Below, one piece after another: positions 34,835 through 43,800 of a DNA stretch of 64,000 nt (positions are counted from its first letter, which is position 1; each line of letters begins with the position of its first letter). This stretch comes from an uncultured virus (IMG/VR IMGVR_UViG_3300046507_000660) (taxonomy: Duplodnaviria > Heunggongvirae > Uroviricota > Caudoviricetes). Under the pieces are notes generated by a model. The model was not told where the DNA came from. It searched no databases and was given only the letters and a program-made list of their open reading frames with translations. Location: IMG/VR virus record IMGVR_UViG_3300046507_000660, positions 1-64,000 of that record. One strand, 5' to 3'. The translations under genes and the position numbers were made by a program.

Positions 34835-37800
34835 ATGCTGAATCGCCCCGCTGCTGCGCACGCTGAGTTGCAGGACCTGAGTGACGGTCTCGAGGTCAAG
34901 GCCGCCCGCCGTTGGAACCCGTCCCTGCATCCTCGCGACAGCAAGGGCAGGTTTATCGAGACGGGCGGCATCGTCCGCCTGTGGGGAGGCGATCTCGCGC
35001 GCGTCATGCGCGCCCTGCCCAACGATCGCATCCTCGTGCAGGACCAGACCGGCCCGGACGAATTCAACGGCCGCAGGCACACCACCAGCGCCAAGTGGGT
35101 GTCCATGGTGGCCCGCCCCGATGGCTCCGCGCCCACCGACAACGAGCACAAGGTCGAGGCGGAGGACGAGAAGCGGGACAAGGACGCGCGGCGCGGCAAC
35201 GGCGTCGTCCACGACGACCCCGGCGACCCCGACACCCCCAACGACGCCCACGCCGTCGACGACCGCGGCCGCCCGATCGGCGAGGACGACCACCCCGTCG
35301 GGCCTCGCGAGAACGACGACCAGGCCGAGCCCGAGCACGGCAGGCACCCGGTCAACGTCCGCGCCCTGCCCAACCAGAGCACCGCGGGCGGTAGCCGCTT
35401 CCAGGACACGGCGGCAGTCCGTCAGCACTTCCTCGACCTGGCCGACCGGCCCGACACCCGGCCGGAGATGGCGCAGTTCCTGCGTTCCGTCGCCACTGAC
35501 GAGGACCTGCGCGTCTCGGGCGACCTGGCCGTCCTCCGCGACGACTCCACCGGCCGCTGGTACCTGACGGCGACCGGCACCGGTCAGCGCATGGACCTCG
35601 CCGGCGACTTCGCCACCCCCGAGGAGGCCAGCGAGTTCGCACGCCATCTCAGGCGCACCGCTCCGACCAAGGGCACTGCGATCCGCTCCCTTGCCCGGGG
35701 GTTTGACTTCTCCAACCCCGACCTTGACGCCGAGGCGCGCACCTGGCGCTCGGACAGGGACGAGAACATCGCGGCCGCCATCAAGCGGGCCCGCGGGGAA
35801 TTCGACGCTTCCCGCTCCGCCCCCGCCTCCGATGCCGCCCGCGCCCCGCACGCCGACGCCGGCACTCCGGAGACGGTCAGCCGCGAGGAGCTCAAGCCCG
35901 GCGACCGCGTCAAGGTCACCGTGAGCCGCAGCGACATCGAGTGGCCGACGAGCACCCGCGACCAGGACAAGCCGGAGACGGTCACCGTCGAGGGCACCAT
36001 CGCGCCCACCCACTCGGCCGGCCCGGGTGTAAGCGGCGCAACGCTCGTCGACGTCACGCTGACCAGCCCGGACGGCACGGTCATGACGTCCGGCGACACC
36101 GCACGCATCCGGCGCATGCCCACCCAGGTCGCACGCTCCGGGCACACCGACGGCTTCACCCCGGAGGAACGGCGTGCCGACCGCGTCCGTGTCGGCGACG
36201 TCATCGCCCGCGGGGAGTTCGGGCACGTCGTCACGCGCATTGACCGCGGTCAGGGCGGCCGCGCTTTCACCACGCGCAACCTCGGCGGCCGTGGCGAGGT
36301 CGACCAGTTCGGCGCCCGCCACGGCGACATGCTGTCCGTCGTCCCGAAGGCCCGCCGCCGGCCGGAGGATGTGCAGCGCGACACCCCGGGCCACACACAG
36401 CAGCACCCCAACAGCAGGGATGCCAAGGGCGCGGCCGCGGCGATCCTCAGCGACTGGGCGAAGGTCAACGAGCTCGCCGCGCAGCAGTGGCCGGACGGGG
36501 CACCGGAGGAGTTCCGCACCCTGGCCCAGCACATGCAGAACGTCACGGACGCCCCGAAGGGCGCCGACGGCTACCAGCAGAACGCCGACGCGATGCGCGG
36601 CGCCCTGGACGCGCTCCACGGCCTCGACAGCGAGGGCGTCAGCCAGGACATGGTGAAGGCGCTGCACCGGCTCGAGGAGGGCCTGGACGCCAACGCCGAC
36701 CGGTTCGAGGCCGACTCCCGGGCGATCACGGAGAACAAGCGGAAGCGGGAGGCGGTCAACGCCCCGAACCCGGACGCTCCGGCCGCCCCGAACGCCCCGC
36801 AGAGCAACGCCCCCACGAACGACCATCCGACGGGTGAACCGCTACAGCACAACTGGGACCCCGAGAACCTGGTCACCCTGACCATGCCGGAGGCGCTCGC
36901 GAACTTCCTGAACGTCGACGAGACCGCGGCTATGGACGACCCCGACACCCGGAAGGCCCTCACAGAAGCCGTCCACGGCCGCAACGGCACGCTCAAGGTG
37001 ACCGCACCGATCGAGACGCACCGCGCCCTGCTCGAGTGGGCGTGGACGCTCGCAGGCGGCGAAGGACTGGACTCCGACCCGAAGGAAGTCCGGGCCCACC
37101 GCAACTACACCAAGCGCGTCGACGAGGCCGCGGCAAAGCTGGAGCGCGAGCGGCAGCACCGCGGCGCCCCGGACGCGAACGGGAACGCACCCGACGCCGG
37201 CACCGGTGACGGTAAGACAGATGCGCCGTCGGCCAACACCCCCGGCGCCGACACCAGCGAGCCGCAGAACACCCCGGACACGGTCACCATGACGCCCGAC
37301 GAAGTGTCCAACCACCTCGACGCGGTGCGCTCCGAAGGCTCCAAGGCGCCGTCACGCATGGACGACGGCGAGATCCGCGACGAGATCGTCTCCCTGATGG
37401 AGCGGGAGATGGCCAACGGCGGGGAGCTGTCGGGAGTCGACCGCACCCGCCTCCAGGTCCTCGAGGCGGAAGAGGCCCGCCCCGCCGGCCGCGCGCCGAA
37501 GCGCGAGGACAAGCCGAAGCCGAAGCCCGCGGAGGAGCCCGGCGGCCTGTTCGACGTCGCCCCGGACGAGCAGCAGCAGTTCGTTGCCGACCCGAACAAC
37601 CCCGACGACCTGGCGGACGACCCGCTGGGCACGCCGGACATGTTCGCCAACCACGAAGGCCGCGACACGTCCCGGCTGCGCCCCCCGCAGTCCCGCAAGC
37701 CTGCCGACTTCAAGCCCGGCGACCGGTTCGTCGACACCGACGGGCGTACCCACACCGTGAAGGAGGAGCCGATACGGACCCCGCGCGGCCGTATCCGCGT

Positions 37801-40800
37801 CGTCGATGAGGACGGCGGAGAGCACTTCCTCGCACCGGACAAGGAGCTGCGCGTCCTGCACGAGGGCGAGGACGCCCCCGCGGTGCCGGAGACCAACGCC
37901 CCTGACGCGAACGCGCCGGAGAGCGGTGCTCCGTCCGCGGACACCCCGGAAACCGGCACACCGGGCGCCGACGCTGCAGACACCCCCAACAACGCGCCCG
38001 AGGGCGGCACCCCCGACACCCCGGACGACTCCGTCGCCCCGCCCGCTCCGATCGGGGATGCGTCCCCGACGAGCATGAGCAACGAGGACATCGACGCCGA
38101 GCTCGAGGCGCTGCAGGCGTGGCAGAACCGGCACGTCGCGAGCAGCGGGGAAGGCCCGCGCGTTCAGGGCAGTCCCATGGTCGCTCTCTCTCCTGTCGGC
38201 AACCGGCGGGGCGCCCTGCGCGAGGAGCAGCGCAAGCGTGAGGTGGCCCGCCAGGACAAGGAGCGGAAGGAGAAGGAGAAGCAGGACCGGGCCGCAGCGC
38301 TCGCCCGTTCCGAGATCGGCAACCGCGCCGCTGACGGCTCGTACCCGGTGACCGTCGACGGCGAGAACGCCGGCAGCGTCAGCCAGACCGCCCGCAAGTG
38401 GCAGTACACCGACGCCGAAGGCCGCAGGTCTCCCGACTTCTACCCGAGCCGCGCCCAGGCCGTGGCCGCGCTGGTCAGCAACCGCGACGTCCGCCGGAAC
38501 AACGACGCGCAGCACGTTCGCCAGGATCAGGCGCGTACGCAGACGCCGGACGGGTGGGCTCTCGGCGACCGCGCCGACGTGGCCGAGAACGACATCATCC
38601 GTATCCCCCGGATGGGCCGTGACCGTGACGGCAGGCCGTACCCCGAGGGCTGGGGCCAGCCGGTCCGCGTCAACCGTGTGGAGCGCCGGGACGACGGCAC
38701 GACGATCGTCTCCTACAGCAACCCGGACGGCTCGTATGCGGGAGGCAGTCCGCTGTTCCTGCGGGGTCCCGACGACTCGTTCGCGTGGGCCAACGGCCGC
38801 ACCCGCCCGGAGCCGACTCCCGCGTGGCGGCACGAGCTCCGTCCCCGGATGGCCGACATCGGCGACGACGTCGCCACCCTGCTGAACCACGCCGACGGCC
38901 TCGACGACCAGGACCAGGAGCGGATGCGGCGCCTGGGCGAGTTCATCCGCCGCGTAGAGGACGGCGACACCGAGGATCTGCAGGCGGACCTCCGCAAGAT
39001 CCGCGACGAGGCCGCGTGGCTCGAGGAGCAGTTCAGCCGCGAGGACCTGCCGTTCGAGACGCGCAGGTACAAGTCGTGGGCCACGGCCGCGCACGGGAAG
39101 GCACAGCGGGCCCTCGACCACCCTGACTTCCAGCACGGCAGCACGGCCGACGGCCCGGACAACGCTTCCGGCAACGCCCCGGGCAACGCCCCGGACACGA
39201 ATGCGCCGAGGGCAGATGGCGTGCCCGACTGGGCTGACGACCTCGGGGGCGATGTCTGGCTCGACCAGCCGAGGAGCACCGGCGGGCCCCGCAACATCTA
39301 CGTCGACGGCCAGATTGAGGGACTCCTCGGTCGGGACCGGCCGAAGGGCAGGTACTACTGGTGGCGGCCGGGGGGCCAGAGCAGCGAAGAACGCTTCGAC
39401 ACCCCCGAAGAGGCCGCCCGCGCCTTCGCCCGCGAGATGCGGGAGAACAACCTGCCGAGCCTGAGCACGCCCAACGACGGCGGCGACGGCCACGACGACC
39501 GCGCCACCCGTGCACGGGACCTGTTCGACGAGGGCATGAACGCTGTGGGCGGCGACTCCCTGCCGGAGATGCAGGAGTTGAACGATCGCCTCGGCCGTGC
39601 CGACTCCGCCGATGACCGGGACGCGGAACTCGGTGACATCGCCGACCGCATGGACGAGCTCGCCGACCAGTACGGGCTCGCAGGCCCGCAGGGCGAGCTT
39701 GCCGCCGACCGGTTCCGTCGCGCTGCGCGTGCCGCCCGCGGCGAGCAGGACGACCGCAACAACCACAGCGGCGACGACCACAGCAACGCTCACGCAGACG
39801 GCGACCGCAGCACCGGCGGTGCGTCCAACGACGGCCAGAACGACGGCCAGAACGACGGCAACAGCGACAACCAGGCGACCCCGGCCGGCGACAGTAGCGA
39901 CAACACCGACGAACCGAACCAGGGCGACGAGCCGAACCCCGACGACACCCAGACCCCCGGCGACGACCAGGGCCACGACGACCAGAACAACGGCCGGCAG
40001 CGCAACGACACGCACCCGGACGGGGCCGCCCCCGATGGTGGGCCCGACGGTGGCGGAGCAGGCGCGCCCGACTCCGGCGACAACGGCGACGGCCCCGACC
40101 GCACGGACAACGCCCCGAACCCCGACGAGGCGAACCAGGACGACGAGGAGCGTCGCCGTAGGCGCCAGCGTCGCCGCCGCAACAACGGCGGGGGCGGTAC
40201 CGGTGGCCCCGGCGGGGGCGGACCGGGCGGGCTTGGCCTGCCGCACCTGAGCCTGCCGAACCTCAACGTCCCCGCCGGAACGGGCGGCGACAGTGGCGAC
40301 GGCGGCCACGGCGACGGCCACGGCGACGGCCACCACCCGCGTACGCCTCCCAACCCCCGCCCGCACGACGTGGACTCCCTGCGGAACGCCTGGCGATCCG
40401 GTGAGGGACTCACCGCGGGCGAGGACACCCCCGAGCGGCGCGCCCACCTCGCCGACCTGGCGGACCGCGAGGGCCTCACCCTGTCCCCCCAGGGCGGACT
40501 CGCCCTGTATCCCGAGCAGCAGGACGACGGCACCACCGTGTGGCGCTTCGCCCAGGCCCGCAACGGCTCAAACCTGCCCGGCATCACCCTGACCACCGAC
40601 AACCCCGAGGAAGCGCGGGCGCTCGCGGGCCGGTTCGAGGAGATCACCGACGCCAACGGCGACCCCTTCGACTGGCACCAGCCGCAGGGACCGGCCAGCG
40701 TCGCCGCGTGGCGTGACGGGGAAGGCCGCACCCTGCCCCAGGCCATCCGCGCGGTGCAGGACGACTACCAGCAGGAGCGCGCCGGAGCGTTCAACCTGCC

Positions 40801-43800
40801 CGAGGACCTCACGGGCATGGACGACGCCGCCCTCGAGGCCGCCATGCGGCAGGGCCTCGGCCCGGAGGACGAGCTCCGCGTCATGGCGGAGATGGACCGC
40901 CGAGACGGCTACGTCGACGAGCGGGTCCGCGCTGCCGCGCAAGCCACGCCGCCGACGAACGCCGACGAAGCGGAGCGCGAAGGCCGCGCCATGGACGAGG
41001 CGCTCCGGTTCGGCGCCACGGACGTCACGCAGCCCGCTCCGGCCACCCCCGGACGCCTGCGCCGTGAGTTCGACGCCCTCGACGAGGAGCGGTTCCAGGC
41101 CGCCATGCAGGCCACCGGCGGGCGGATGCTCAGCTCCGAGGCCGAAGCCCAGGGCATCGACCCGCGGGCCCTGTTCTCCGGCGGCAAGTACAGCAACAAG
41201 CAGGCGAAGGAACTGGCCTCGCCCGAGCTGAAGCACTGGTTCGACGGAGACGACAACACCCCCGGCAACGGCCGACTCACGTACCCGCAGTACCGGGCGC
41301 GGGAGGCCGACCGCGCCCTGCGCGCCGAGTTCGCCGACTGGGACGAGGCCCGCTACCGGCAGGCCGTCGACTTCACGAACGGCTACTTCTTCCGCCGCGA
41401 GTACAAGTACGGCTTTACCGACTTCAACGAGCGAGAGCTGTTCTCCGGCGGCAGCCTGAGCGCCCGGGACCGGTGGATGCAGTACGCCAGCGACGAACTG
41501 CAGGAGTGGTTCGACCTCAACGGCGGCCGCCAGACGTTCGCCCAGTTCCGCGAGGCACGCCGCGCCAACGACCGCGCCGAACGGCACCAGCACGAGGAGG
41601 AGGAGCTGCAGCGCGCCGCCGGGGGCACTCCCGAAGGCGGAGCCCCCAACGGGGCGGGACCCCTCACTGACGACGACGTCACTCCCGCGCCGCCCTTCAA
41701 CGCCGCGACCCCCGAGAGCGAGTCCGACGCCTCATTCCGCTTCGGCGGCCGCGACCGTATGCAGCAGTTCGCCGACCGAGCCGAGGTACGCCCGGACGGA
41801 GCCACCTCCGAGGGCGTGTGGCTCAACGGCCGGCAGATCGGCACCATCCGCAACGTCAACGGTGCCAACGCCGACCGTGAACCGGTCTGGGACGCCAGCC
41901 CGTTCTACGGCCTGGACCACTCGGCCAACAGCCGTTCCCAGAGCCGGGACACGGCCATCGCCAACCTTGTCGTCCGCGCCCTGCAGAACGGCCCCACGGA
42001 CTCCTCGAACCCGAGCGAGGACATGTGGGACTCGGTGACCCTGCACCTGGCAGGCCTCACCCACCCGCTGCCCGAGCTGCCGGAAGCCCTTCGCGACGAC
42101 CCGGAGGCGCGCGCGCGGTACGACCGGCTGTCCAGCATGGTCGACTCCTTCCGGGATCAGCAGTCGCCCACCGGCGACCTGCGCCAGGACCTGGCGCAGG
42201 CCCGCGACGACTTCGCGTGGCTGCACGACGCGCTCGAGGGACAGGCGGGTACCCCCCAGCAGCGCGAGGAACTGTCCGACCTCAAGACCCGCACCTTCTG
42301 GGCGGACCGTCTCCAGCGCGGTCTTGGGGAGCCGAACAGCGATCTGGAGCGCCCCCACGCTCCCGGTGAGCCGCAGGGCGCCGGAGATGCGCCGTCCCCG
42401 GCGGTGCCGACGCCGGAGCCGGCGAACGCCCCGGACGACACCGCCGATCCGTCGGCGACACCCGACCCTGAGCCTGAGCCGAACCCGGACCCGATCAGCG
42501 GCCAGCCCGCGCACTGGGCCCGCGTCGGGGACTTGGCGCAGGGCGACATGGTCCGCATGAACGGCACCACCAGGAGGGGCCGGCCGGTCCAGCGCGCCGG
42601 ATACGTGCAGAGCACGCCCGAGCTGGTCGACGTCACCCGACGCGGCCGCACCGACCAGATGTGGCGTACCTGGGTCACCGAGAACCCGGACGGCACCGGC
42701 GCGGCCGGGAACGTCTACACGTCCGCCAACGCCACCGCGGCGCGCGCCGAGGCGCCGGACAACGTCGTGCCCGGATCCCCGGCCAGCGGTGCCCAGGCGT
42801 CGCTGCGCTCCGGTGATCTGCCCGACCAGATCCCCGCCGACCGTGACGGCAACGGCCTGTTCCCCGGCAGCACCGTCCGCGGCACCAACGACCGTGAAGG
42901 CACCATTACCGGTGCTGCCCCCACCACCGTGTCGGTGCACTGGTCCGACGGCAACGACGACGACGCGCTCCCGGCGACCACGCTGACCGTGACCAACGGA
43001 CAGCGCCCCGACGGCTGGACCGCCGACGGGCACCGGGTGACCACACAGAGCATCGTCAGCGACAGCGACGGCGCCCTCCTCGGCCCCGTCGACGACGTCG
43101 CCGGAGACAACGTCACCGTCCACACGACCGACGGCACCATCACCCGCAGCGCGGGCGACCTCCGCGTCACCGGCCAGGTGCGCGACGACGCACCCCCGGC
43201 CGCACCGGTGACCGGCATCGACGAGCCCGCGGCCGCGGACCTCAAGGACGGCGACGTCGTCGTCCTTGACCTCGACGGCCAGCTCTCCACCGTCGCGATC
43301 ACCAGCCCGCCCCACCACGACGGCGACCGCGTCACCCTGCAGTACGCCGACACCACCACCGGCGAGATGGGCGAGATCGACGTCGACGCCCGCGCGGTCC
43401 TCCCACGCGCCCAGGGCCCCGACGGTGGCGCCCCGGACCTCGGCCCGGACAACGCGCCGGAGCCGGCCGACGACCTGACCGTGCACCCGACCCCGCGCAC
43501 CGTGGACCCGGTGACCGGCCCGACCGTCGATCCGGACCTCGACTCGAGCGACCGGAACGTCATCGGCGACCACGCCGACGGCCCGGACACCGACCCCGAC
43601 GCCCACCAGGCGGCCGTGCGCATCACCAGCGACCTTCCCGTCACCCCGGAGCAGGCGCAGGCCCTGGCGACGCAACTGCGCTCTGCCGCGGACCCATCGA
43701 CGCTGGAGGGCCGCGCCGCACTCCGCGCCGCGGACCACCTCGACCGCGCCGCCGGCCGGACCCCGCCCACGGGCCTTGACCGGCCCCGGGCGTCGAACGC